Under the pieces are notes generated by a model. The model made no database searches. It was given only the letters and a program-made list of their open reading frames with translations, and was not told where the DNA came from. From Centruroides vittatus (lineage: Eukaryota): a stretch of 64,000 nucleotides of DNA. Below, in pieces: positions 1 to 10,478 of this stretch (position 1 is the stretch's first letter; every line of letters starts with the position of its first letter). The translations under genes and the position numbers were made by a program. The stretch covers positions 5,930,248-5,994,247 of the forward strand of contig NW_027122708.1 in the NCBI RefSeq assembly GCF_030686945.1, written 5' to 3'.

Positions 1-89
1 CAGTTGCTAGTACTGCCATCTTGCGGTAAAGTCTGCAAACCATGACGTCGGACTACGGTCATCTCCAGTAGGGTTAAACACGCGATACG

Positions 90-402
90 AGAGCGGAGAG
101 AGCGACGCGACTTCCAATCATCGCGCGATCGCCATTTCGGTTAATGTTACTTATGGCAGCGAACATGGCGGCCGTTCCCACTGTTCGTGCTCCCGACTGA
201 CCTCCCGGAGGGGAGCCGCCGGCAGGCCGCCATGTGCTAAACGTCACTAGTTATTGATTCACGGTAGTTCTTGAACAAAGTAAAAAAAGGGGGAAATGTC
301 TACTAAATGCAATTTTAACGGCAAGCGACGCGACTTCCGATCACGATAGCGAGGCCGACTTAGCGGAGAGAGCGACGCGCCTCCCTATCATCGCGCGATC
401 GC
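90..402. repeat. GC-rich island with two direct copies of the motif ggagagagcgacgcg...cttcc(a/g)atca...atcatcgcgcgatcgc (about 95-135 and 322-402), standing out from an AT-rich background
   Basis: Direct reading of the sequence. The repeated atcatcgcgcgatcgc core occurs twice and local GC is high. Confidence 0.5.
139..245. mobile_element. Truncated copy of the palindromic TTAGG-containing MITE family. It keeps the left terminus ggttaatgttac...atggcggc and an inner right-arm piece gccgccat.
   Basis: Terminus matches the copies at 3756-4002 and 10479-10712. The right terminus is missing. Confidence 0.35.
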
Positions 403-2817
403 TGGAAAAAAGTATGATAACTTTTTTATTTTTCGACTCCGGTCCAAAAGTAGGGTATCGTTTAACTCGTCTCCGTCCCCTCAGTTCAGAAATATACTCA
501 AAGTCCCAAAATTCCATAGGTGGTAATCTATAGTATCCCCAATCATTTGTGTCCAGCTAAATTAAAGCGGTGTTATTAGCAGCCACCACAGCCAACATAA
601 TGCATTGCTGACTACCGTGCGAATCAAGTGGGAAAACGACAGATGACATAGGACAGACGAATAAAGTCGATCTATATTTACCCGACCTCAGCCAAAACAG
701 GCCTGAAAACGCAATAATTACTCGGCGTAGTTTCTCTATAAAGATGCAAATTAATTCATATTATAGTAATGTGTGTCCACTTTTCACTTTTACAATTAAA
801 TTTTGAATATTTATTGTACCGGTACAATTGAACTTTATTACACACTCACTAGAAAAAATAAAGATCATCAAACCTCCATACAAAACATTAATTATTTGAA
901 ATAAAATGAATAAATAAATAGTAGGCTGGATAATAATGATTACGAACTATATTTTATAAATACGTCAATAAAAATGAAGTTTTTCACGTAAAAAATATTT
1001 ACTACACCAATGGAAACTGGCGACGTATTCCACAAAAGAAATATCTTTATGGATATCTTTCCACCGATATTACCCCAAATCAAATGCACAGGGTAAATAC
1101 AATTGCACACGAGATACGTTCATAAAGTCGAAAGAATTAAAGGAGCTGTTCATAAATTACGTCCGCATTTTTCTTGAAATTTTACTCTCCCTTCCCCTCT
1201 TATGCCAGTTTGTCCGAGTTTCTGTAACCCTCCCTCTTCGGATGTCCGACAAAACTCGAACCCCCTTTAAACCTTTATCACTTTATAAATGACGATATTA
1301 TAAGTAGAAACAAAACGTAAAAAGAAATTCTGAAATAAATATAAAATGCATGAACTGTATAAAATTTAATGAAATAAACGGACGTCCACTGAAGATCGAT
1401 CCCTCTTCTCCCCTTGTCCGACTTTGTCTGACCTGTCCTAATCCCCAGTGTGGACGTCATGGACAGACCCAAAGGAATTACTGGCGAGTCGGCCATAAAG
1501 TACTAATTCTACTCGGCGCCCGCACAAAATGTTGATGACGTTTCAAACGAAATTCACGAAAGAAAAGAGGAAAGAGTTACTTTACATCGCAAAAAAAAAA
1601 AATTGTTTCTAAATTTATCCACGTGTATTAAAAAATGAAATGATAGAAATAAATGCCTACGGTAAGCAATGAAAGAAAAATATTTCGGATGAGAATGCAC
1701 CAGCCACATTTTAAGATGTTGATGCAATTTTACACTAACTTTCTTTAAAATAATATCCCCGAAGAGAACAGGCTGTTTCCTAGAAATAGTACAAGCCCAG
1801 GTAGTGTTGCCACCTTTACAAAATCGCTGACCCGGACGGTAGGTCAGGTTTGTTCAAACAGAAGTTCCTGATGCATGCGCAATGTCATTTTACAGTGCGA
1901 AGAATAACGTGCATGCCGGTTCTAAATCAGTTACAGTTAGGGACTAGGGACTTGCGTAGGAGTAACGTATGTAACCTAAATTAAGAAAGAAAGAACAGAT
2001 AATTTAGCTCCGCAGAAGACGTGTACGGACATACAAGCAAGAAATTATAAAAGAAAAAAAAAAGGTCGAGAGACAGGTTGCGAGTCACACGTCCGCGTAA
2101 ACAGAGTAACATGGCGGAATGGCAGATGAGTTTCAGTGAGTGTGAAGTCTTTCGCTGTTCAAATAGTGTAAATTTATAAAAAATATTTGCAAGAACTTTG
2201 TTTCATCGTAATTTCACAATTTCTACGAAATTCCCGGACAAAATTAATAGTTCACCCGGACAGTGAGTCAATTCCCGGACTGTCGTGTGAAAATCGTACG
2301 GGTGGTAACACTAAGCCCAGGACAACCCATGGGGAAGGAAGAGCAAGCTCTATCATTTCACCTCGTTCCAAAAAGAGGTTAATATCAAAACTTTCAATGG
2401 AAGCGAATCAGATATTAAGCTGATTAGAACAGACACTTTATTTGACAAAGTTTATAGGATTGTTACAAGGCGCCTGACTTTTGAATCAACCCGACAATTG
2501 GAAATCACTTTTCATCGATCATAGCCATAAAGAAGGAAGCAACGTCGATCACTTCCAAAATTTTCGGAACTCACTCCAACGAACTTATTATCACTGGTGT
2601 CGTCCGGTAATAATTTAAAAAAAGAAATTTATTGATTTTATGGAGTGTAATTTTCTATCACCAATGCATCATGATTATAAATTTCGTCAATTTATTTAAA
2701 AAAGTTATTTATGCCCTTATACATAATACTTGTTTTACTAAAAGTATAATGAAACGATGCCGTTTGATTTTCGATAACACTATGCGTCGCGTTTGTATAC
2801 AAGGTCTATAATACAAG

Positions 2818-3027
2818 AGCGAGGTTGACGCCGAAGTTTTAAACGCGTAAACGTGTACGTCGGACGTTCAGCGCCGCTTTCATGTAAATCTAGAAATTTG
2901 ACAATGGCGTTTGGAATGTCGAGCAGGATTCCACTGACTTTACAAACACCATTGTCAAATTTCTAGACTTACATGAAAGCGGCGCTGAACGTCCGACGTA
3001 CACGTTTACGCGTTTAAAACTTCGGCC
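2818..3027. repeat. Foldback/palindromic element with about 95-bp near-perfect inverted arms and a spacer of about 33 bp
   Basis: Left arm gcgaggttgacgccgaagttttaaacgcgtaaacgtgtacgtcggacg... is the reverse complement of the right arm ...cgtccgacgtacacgtttacgcgtttaaaacttcggcctcaacctcgc. Confidence 0.7.
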
Positions 3028-3382
3028 TCAACCTCGCCAAGGTCTGGACACGATACCGCGATGCGTAACATAGTTCCAAATAATTTTGTTTTAAAGATCA
3101 AAAATAAAGGAAAAAAATACTGTATAAATATAAATTTTATTTACTGAAAAACTAAATTTTCTTTAGTATGACGACTTCGGACACTGTGAAACACAAATTA
3201 AATCAAATATTTTCTCGACGATGAGAATTACATTTTTTGTGCTATATTATTATTTTTTTAGTCGTAAACCGTAATTAAATAATAAAATACAATTATCTCA
3301 GGAATAATATATTTATTATTTTTCTAAAAACAACAGAGCAGCCATCATTTTTGATCCTCCAGACGACGAAAACGTCAAAATA

Positions 3383-3383
<1 letters not shown>

Positions 3384-3418
<35 letters not shown>
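3384..3418 (+). repeat. Poly(A) tract of about 35 nt
   Basis: Seen directly. It produces the spurious poly-K ORF 3351-3602. Confidence 0.9.
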
Positions 3419-3420
<2 letters not shown>

Positions 3421-3755
3421 GACAAAACGAGAAAAGAAAACTCATCACAGATTGTTATTTAATATTATACAAAAGATTATTTTTAAAAATAGCTTTTTTA
3501 TATGCTTTACTATTAAATAATCGGCTAAAATGGTTTGTGATTTTACATTTTGATAAAATAACGTCTTTGGCCACCAGGAGTCCAGCGACCAACGCGCGGT
3601 AAAAGAAAACATTCAACGTTTCAAAAATATTTTGAAAGTGTTCGAAACTTTTCTGGATATTTACAGGTATTGATTTTTAATTAATAAGCCAATAAATTAA
3701 CATCGCTTTAAAATATAGAAATAATTCGAAATCTCTAATCAAAATTACAAAAAAC

Positions 3756-4002
3756 GGTTAATGTTACCCTAGGTATCGAAGATAGCGGCTCGTCTCCGAT
3801 TCCATCAATCAGAAGATGGAAGAATGGGGACGCACGTTCTAACCTAACCTAACCTATTCTAATAAATTACCATAATTATTAGCAACAAAATTATTAGAAT
3901 AGGATAGGTTAGATTAGAACGTTCGTCCCCATTCTTCCCTGTCTTCTGATTGATGGAATCGGAGACGAGCCGCCATCTTCGATACCTAGGGTAACATTAA
4001 CC
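3756..4002. mobile_element. Palindromic MITE, family A copy 1. Termini ggttaatgttaccctagg / cctagggtaacattaacc. Arms of about 100 bp carry ggctcgtctc and ggggacgc motifs plus (CCTAA)3, which is (TTAGG)3 on the other strand.
   Basis: The inverted arms are reverse complements of each other. The central loop attctaataaattaccataattatt is shared with the copy at 10479-10712. Confidence 0.75.
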
Positions 4003-4268
4003 CAAAAACATATAATCATTTGCTTTTTGTCCAATATTTTAATAAATCTTCTGAACAGCCATTTGTAATTTGCTATAAATTTTAAGCTTAAATTCTGCCC
4101 CAATTTGCATTTGACATTAAATTTTAATTCACGATCTGTATCCTTCTTGTTAATATAAAATGGAAGTCAATGTAAAGCCCGTAGGATAACGCGCCACTGT
4201 TTAGTCCCATCCTCTAGATTCTATTTGAAGTCTTATTTATGGATTGGACGATTATGCTTGTTTTTTGG

Positions 4269-4288
4269 ATATATATATATATATATAT
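4269..4288. repeat. (AT)n microsatellite
   Basis: atatatatatatatatatat. Confidence 0.8.
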
Positions 4289-4570
4289 GGAGGTTAGATG
4301 AGTCAAATTCCAAACCATTAAGAAAATAAACGTGAGGTTGCAGAGGGGATAAGACAGACCGGTACAGGGCGACGAGAGAAGCCAGACGACAGTTGAAAAA
4401 ATGCGGGAAAAAGACTAGACTGCGGTTGAAAAATGGCGCGAAAAAAAGAGATTGAGGACGTTGGAGACGGTTACCGACGCTAGAATATTTTGTCCTTCTA
4501 TTACAATTCCTATATATATAATACTATATATTGATTTTACTAATTTATTTAATCATTTTTCAGTGTAGCC

Positions 4571-4909
4571 TTGATGGAAAATATGTCATCAGAGAGACTT
4601 GAAGCTTTCGTTAAAGATTATGTAAAGAGCAAGAAAACGTTGCAAAAAATAAAGAATGCACAAAAAATACTAGATAAAAACCACTACATTGCCAAGCAGA
4701 CAATAGAAAAAACTATGGAAGAGATTGAATCAAGTGCATTACATAATTTAGAAGTAATTTTTACAAGTAAACGAGAATTTCTGAAAAACTTGGAAAAGAA
4801 ATTTAAAAATTCTTCAAGTCCGAACGATGATACGAAAACATCTGAATCCGGAGATATTTCTCAAATAAATTTTGATATCGATAATCGTGAAATTGAAGGG
4901 CTGCCTTAG
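4571..4909 (+). CDS. Hypothetical 112-aa coiled-coil protein. The ORF starts 9 nt after a ttttcag acceptor, downstream of a GC-rich segment at 4310-4490 that may be a promoter or 5'UTR exon.
   Basis: ATG-initiated ORF with no transposable-element similarity, preceded by a polypyrimidine tract and AG. Composition is coiled-coil-like. No family was recognised. Confidence 0.3.
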   Translation: MMENMSSERLEAFVKDYVKSKKTLQKIKNAQKILDKNHYIAKQTIEKTMEEIESSALHNLEVIFTSKREFLKNLEKKFKNSSSPNDDTKTSESGDISQINFDIDNREIEGLP

Positions 4910-6073
4910 ACTTCAAAGCAGCAAAACCATTGGACGCTAAATATGATTTTGGTTAATTTAAATGCTTTTTACCTAAACCAGAAGATTTCACTTTGCTAAT
5001 TGTACAAAAAGAATTCGATATTGGAAAAGAATTTACTGTTTGTGCTAAAGGCGAAAAACATTAGTGTCCTCTGACATTTCGGCTTTTCGGATTAATGACA
5101 GACGAAAGTGGAATACGAAAGGTGGCTGAAATTGTTGATAAACAAGATGGTTCCTATATTTTCAACTTCCGCTTGGATAAATATTGCAAAATACTTCATA
5201 GAAATAACGCTCTTTGGTCGTCATATCAAAAATAGTCCTGTTGCTATAGGTATAAAAACAGACGAAAATAAGTTAACTAAAGACCGGCACTTATAGTATC
5301 TCGATGCTTTTGATCGCCGTTTAGATGTTTATCATCTCGAGACGGATAAATAAGTTTTAATTTTATAATTTCAGATATGCATCATTATATAGTTGAAACT
5401 TTTTAAAAAATATATTCTCTTGGTTAAAATGTTTAAATGAATAATTACAATTTTTGAATGTATTCCTTACTTAATCTTTGTATAAATTATTATTAATAAT
5501 GTTTAGTTTACGAAGTAGCATATAGTGATATTTCATGAAAGGTTTATTAGTGTTTATCATTTTATTAATAACATGTTACTTAGCAAATGTATCATAAAAA
5601 ATATCGTTTTAAAACTGTTAAATCGATATAAATTTTGTTCAGATTTGTTGATTAAAAGAAAATATTAATTCAACTTTATTCTCCACTTTTTCTATTTCAC
5701 TAATTTGAAGCTTTAATTCATTACATTTATAAACTTTAAATACAGTATTATAAGTTACGTCAGTCAATAATTTATAAATATAATTAGTACTATTAAACAT
5801 CTTTAACAATTTTTACATATTATAAACTAATTTATTTAAAAATTTCTAATTCTTGATTAAAAATTGTTATTTAAAAACTAAAAATATACAAATTTCAAAC
5901 ACGAAATCTGGCTAAATTCATATTTATTTTCTTTTTATAATGCAAAATTGTATTTTCATTTCGGTTTAGTTTGCTGTAATTTATTCGAAATAATATTTTG
6001 TTACCTTATTCTAGTTTTAGTTTATATGGCCGAATTATTTTTTGATGTTTTGTAAATTTCTTCTTATTAACTT

Positions 6074-6171
6074 GAATTGGAGCTCGGCCTGTCGAATTTC
6101 CTTTTATTTTGATTGGTCAAGTTCTTTCTGTTCTCTACTTTATGTTTTTTATTTTATTTTACTTTAAATAG
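6074..6171 (+). pseudogene. cytb: cytb C-terminal fragment (WIGARPVEFPFILIGQVLSVLYFMFFILFYFK-stop under the mitochondrial code), truncated upstream by an in-frame TAA at 6068
   Basis: The translation matches the conserved cytochrome b C-terminus WIGARPVE.P.I.IGQ. Upstream of 6068 there is no cytb-like sequence. Confidence 0.6.
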
Positions 6172-6234
6172 TTATTTAGCTAATATAAGCTTTTGTTTTG
6201 AAAGCAAAGAATAGGAAGTATCTTAATAACTTTT
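6170..6234 (+). tRNA. trnS2: Mitochondrial-type tRNA-Ser(UCN). It has a 7-bp acceptor stem agttatt/aataact and a TGA anticodon in ttttgaaag.
   Basis: Cloverleaf elements located by eye. The position between cytb and nad1 matches arthropod mitochondrial gene order. Confidence 0.5.
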
Positions 6235-7183
6235 CTTAAAAGAGTACTTAATAAAGAATAAGTGAATAATAAAAATAGTCTTTACAGACAAAACAATTAG
6301 CACATAATTTAAGGCTAGAGGAAGGTAGCTTTTTCAGGCTAGATTTATTAACTTATCATATCGAAAACGAGGATATCTCCCACGAACTCATAAGAAAAGA
6401 ATAGAAAATATTAATACTTTTAAGGAGATAAAAAGAGGACCAAAGAATAAAATTGCTGTTATTATTCTTATCAAGATAATATTTGCGTATTCAGCTATGA
6501 AAATAAGAGCAAAACCTACCCCTATATATTCAACGTTAAACCCAGAAACTAGTTCGGACTCTCCTTCTGTAAAATCAAAAGGAGTTCGGTTAGTTTCTGC
6601 TAAACAAGAAGAAAATCAAACTATTAATAGGGGGAGTATAAAAATTCCAATTGAACTTAATAATTGATAGTTATTAATTTCTTTTAAATTAAAAGAAGAA
6701 GTAATTATAAGAAGAGAAAATAAAATTAAAGCAAAGCTCACTTCATAAGAAATAGTTTGAGCTACTCCTCGATAAGCCCCTAAAATGGCGTATTTAGAAT
6801 TGGAGGACCATCCAGCCACTAAAATCGAGTAGACTCTTACTCTTGAACAAGATAAAAAAAAAATAAAACCCCCCATTTTATATCAATAAAATAATATAGA
6901 GAGGGGTATAACATCCATAAAATCAAAGCTATAGAAAGACCAAAAATAGGAGAAAACAAAAAAGGATAAAGATTATATGTTTCCAATCTTGATAGCTCCT
7001 TAATAAATAATTTAATAGCATCCGAAAAGGGCTGAAATAATCCTAAAATCCCTACTTTATTAGGGCCTTTACGAATTTGAATATAACCTAACATTTTACG
7101 TTCTAACAAAGTAATAAATGCAACTCTTACTAAAATTATAATTAAAATTAATAAATAAGATAAAAATCAAAAAAAAAATTATC
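6223..7183 (-). pseudogene. nad1: NADH dehydrogenase subunit 1 (nad1), mitochondria-derived, with a frameshift in a T10/A10 homopolymer at 6863-6872
   Basis: Six-frame ORFs 6837-7109 ([31 protein letters not shown]) and 6616-6876 ([32 protein letters not shown]) are ND1 segments in different frames. TGA is used as Trp. The stop TAA is at 6223. Confidence 0.8.
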
Positions 7184-7186
7184 AAA

Positions 7187-7256
7187 GAGAGATTCTATTT
7201 ATGGAGCTTAAATCCATCGCATATATTTTGCTACATTGAATAAAACCTTTTCTCTC
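7187..7256 (-). tRNA. trnL: Mitochondrial-type tRNA-Leu. The anticodon hairpin atgga-tttaagc-tccat reads TAA. Its 5' and 3' ends are uncertain.
   Basis: It lies between nad1 and rrnL as in arthropod mitochondrial genomes. The cloverleaf was only partly resolvable by eye. Confidence 0.35.
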
Positions 7257-8372
7257 ATTAGAACTTTTCTAAACGAAGGGTCCTTTCGTACTACTTCGTT
7301 TCAATTTTTCTCTAGATAGAAACCAACCTGGCTTACACCGGTTTGAACTCAGATCATGGAAACTTTTATAAGTCGAACAGACTTCCTATTATTGCTCTTG
7401 AGCAATAGAGGTAATTTAATCCAACATCGAGGTCACAAACATGTTTGTCAATTTGAGCTTTCAAAACATATTACGCTGTTATCCCTAAAGTAACTTATTT
7501 AAATTTCAAAAATTTTGGGTATTAAAATAATACTATCTTTAATTATCTAAAAGTGTTTTTCTTTCTGCCGCCCCAGCAAAACATATTCTTAATTTACTAA
7601 ATTTTCTTATGTAAAGTTTTATAGGGTGTTCTTGTCTAAAAGAGACATTTTAGCCTTCTTACTAAAAAGTGAAGTTTAAAATCAATAGTTAAGAAAGAAA
7701 TTTTCTAGTTTACCCTTTCATTCCAGTCTTAAATTACAAGACTAATTATTATGCTACCTTTGCACAGTCAAAATACCGCGGCCATTTATTTATACATCGA
7801 GCAGGGCTCATTTTTAATCATTTCAAAAAAATATGTTTTTGGTAAACAGACCAAAAATTTTAGACGAGTTACTTAACTTTTAATTGCTTTCTTAATTATA
7901 GATTAATTTTCTACTTATTTTAACATTATTACTATCATTAAATTATTCCATGGAAACTTTAATTAATTATTAGTTTATAAAACTAAAAATAACTTAATGA
8001 TAAAATTGAAGACAATCTTATTCCTCTAATAACAAATAATTATTTTTTAAACTTACATCTAATAAAGCTTGTCCTTTATTAGATAAAAATTTTCCAATCT
8101 TTGATGCTTATCTTAAAGAACCAGATATCAAATTAGGCGTTTAGCTTTTTACTTCAATAAATCAATTTACAATTACTTTAACACGTAAAAAATATTAATT
8201 TATAGCTCATAACTTTTCGGGAAAATTAAATCCTTTAATTAATTATTAAACCCTGATACAAAAGGTACGATATTCTCCTTTTTATATATTAAAAATACCC
8301 TTACAGTTAAGTTTTCTTCAATTTCAAACTATTACTAAAAAATGACTCCCTTCTTAATAATTTTCTAAAATA
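7257..8372 (-). rRNA. rrnL: Mitochondrial large-subunit (16S) rRNA, NUMT copy
   Basis: The 3'-domain motifs ccggtttgaactcagatcatg (7336-7356) and acgctgttatccctaaagtaa (7468-7488) are present as reverse complement. The 12S 3' end at 8441 fixes the upper bound. At about 1.1 kb it is shorter than a typical insect 16S. Confidence 0.75.
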
Positions 8373-8440
8373 AAATAAACAAGATTCCAAAAAGGATCTT
8401 TTTAATGTAAATAAAAAACTTAACTAAAGCTTAATCTTGC
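8373..8440 (-). tRNA. trnV: Mitochondrial-type tRNA-Val, approximate, with the anticodon in tttacat
   Basis: It lies between rrnL and rrnS. The reverse complement contains caagattaagctttagttaagtttt...tttacatt. Confidence 0.35.
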
Positions 8441-9245
8441 TTCCAGGAACATCTTCCGATATTCCTACTATGTTACGACTTTTCTCTTATTAAAAGAGAG
8501 TGACGGGCGATATGTACATATTTTAGAGCTAGTTCAATTTAACAAATTATTACAAAAATACTTTCAAATCCTCTTTCATTTACCTTTTAATAATAAAATC
8601 CATAAATATATTTTTATATTGTAACCCATCTATACTTAAACATAAGCTGAACCTTGATCTGATATTAAAAATAAAATTACATTTAATAATAACTATAAAG
8701 TATTATTACCACAACGATATACAAACCACCAATCTAAGTAAGATATGTCGTGTATTATCGATTATAAGACAGGTTCCTCTAATAAGATTAAAACACCGCC
8801 AAAATTTTTAAGTTTTAAGCCATCTAATACTACCTGAATTTTATATTTTTTTATAACAGGGTATCTAATCCTGGTTTCTCATAAAATTTTCAAAGACCCC
8901 TAAAAAAGAAGTTTTAAATATAAAAATTCTACCTTTAACTCTTCAATCCTTCTTAAAAATATTCTTCCCCCCAAAAACTTAGCCCTACTTGATTTTATAG
9001 TATAACCGCAGCCGCTGGCACTATTTTTGCTAAATCTAAAAGAATAACTAAAACTTTTTAATAAGAAATTAATATTAAAACCTAAAAATTTCTATTTAAA
9101 ATACTAATATAAATTTATTTTCTTAAAGAAGGACTTTTAGCCAAAATTAAACCAGGACTAATAAAATGTAGAGTATATTATCTTTACTTCTCTTCTTAAA
9201 TCTTCAATAAAAAAAACGCGCCACAATGAACTTGAAAACAAAATT
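8441..9245 (-). rRNA. rrnS: Mitochondrial small-subunit (12S) rRNA, NUMT copy
   Basis: The 3' end gtgacgggcgatatgtacat / aagtcgtaacatagtaggaatatcggaag is present as reverse complement at 8443-8510. The internal motifs gggtatctaatcc (8860) and accgcagccgctggcac (9005) are also present. Confidence 0.75.
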
Positions 9246-9542
9246 TTATAAACCAAATTCCATTTTAACTTTCTTCATCCATCCTCTGGATGATGTATAT
9301 ATACTCCAGATAGGCATTTCAGAACGGAAAACCGAATAGCCCCCCGGGGGGCCTTATTCATATAGTTTTTCTGCAATGTATTGTCATTTTAACAATATTG
9401 TAGTCTCGTGATACACATTAACCTCTATTCTCGTGGCGTGGATTATTTTAGAAATCTTTTATCTCCCTTACGGAATTTTTCTAGCCTATCTCCTTAATTA
9501 ATGAGAGCGTGCATGGCCTTAGGGAACTCGCACCATACTCTA

Positions 9543-10036
9543 ACAGTAATCCTGCAACAAAAGCATGTATTTGAAGTTACAGCATATGAAATGGATTCTA
9601 CCAAACCACCTCTACGTGTTCAGGTTAATTTCACCCATGTCATGTGATTAAACCGCGAGCGCTGCTTTTTTTTTTCCGGAGATAGTTACCTTTATTCTGC
9701 GACGTAATAAAAGTGGAGTTTCAAGAACAACCTCCAACATTAAATTTTGTCAGCGTTTAGGTAAAACACCTACGGAGACTTTAAAATTGCTAAGAAAGGT
9801 GTACGGTGATTCTACCATGGCGAAGTCGAAATGTTGGAGGTTGTTCTTGAAACTCCACTTTTATTACGTCGCAGAACAAAGGTAACTATCTCCGGGGGAA
9901 AAAAACAGCAGCGCTCGCGGTTTAATCACATGACATGGGTGAAATTAACCTGAACACGTAGAGGTGGTTTGGTAGAATCCATTTCATACGCTGTAACTTC
10001 AAATACATGCTTTTGTTGTCATGGATTACTGCAGTC
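9543..10036. mobile_element. Palindromic rearranged mariner derivative. Inverted arms of about 200 bp flank an 80-bp core that encodes a mariner transposase helix-turn-helix piece (RLGKTPTETLKLLRKVYGDSTMAKSKCW).
   Basis: The arms at 9543-9745 and 9825-10036 are reverse complements. The core translation matches the mariner N-terminal LGKNT...YGDS...KS region. Confidence 0.6.
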
Positions 10037-10478
10037 CCCGAACTTTTGGATCGTATCACGTATAAGTTTCTTGGTTGCATAAAGAATATCGGGCGACTCT
10101 CAAAAGTTTCCTGCACGTCGGTGATCTAAGTTTGATTTAAATTTAAAATTTATTATAATAATTGTCACAAAGAAAATACGAATGAGTAGTTTTAGTGTGA
10201 TGGAAGAATATATTCTTGTCTATTTTAAAGTCAAATGTTTCTTAAAATTTATCAAAAAAATACGAGAAAATTCAGTAGATGAATATACAATTCGTAAAAA
10301 TTATTGATAAACTTTATGTATTGTAAGAATATAACTCAGTTATATCGAGTATTTTCAGTAAAGGGTCGTCAGATTTTATAAAAATTGTATACGTAGATAA
10401 AAAAAATTAATACAGAATTCTTATAATTTTTATTTATTCATCTAAAATTATCAATTGAATTTCGTTGTTTCAATTTAA

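Larger units (their letters stand above)
6060..9250 (-). other. Nuclear mitochondrial DNA insertion (NUMT). The contiguous mitochondrial segment is cytb 3' end, trnS(UCN), nad1, trnL, rrnL, trnV and rrnS.
   Basis: Conserved 16S motifs ccggtttgaactcagatcatg and acgctgttatccctaaagtaa. Conserved 12S motifs gggtatctaatcctggtttctc, accgcagccgctggcac and gtgacgggcgatatgtacat, all as reverse complement. ND1 and cytb are readable only with the invertebrate mitochondrial code. The flanks are nuclear transposable elements. Confidence 0.8.

Noticed and set aside
1796-2325. Short inverted 12-mers agtgttgccacc / ggtggtaacact about 480 bp apart with the cccagg motif
   Set aside because: At only about 12 bp and imperfect, it is not enough to call a transposable element.
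3351-3602. 83-aa ORF containing a poly-lysine run
   Set aside because: It is produced by the 35-nt poly(A) tract, and the rest is AT-rich junk.
5300-6060. Possible remainder of cytb upstream of the NUMT
   Set aside because: It is extremely AT-rich with no cytb-like translation in any frame under the mitochondrial code. An in-frame TAA at 6068 marks the edge, so the NUMT boundary was placed at about 6060.
6060-9250. The alternative that this is a genuine mitochondrial genome segment, meaning a chimeric contig, rather than a NUMT
   Set aside because: The nad1 frameshift, the abrupt loss of cytb and the continuous nuclear-type flanks favour a NUMT. It cannot be fully excluded without read depth, and it is kept as a check in the findings.
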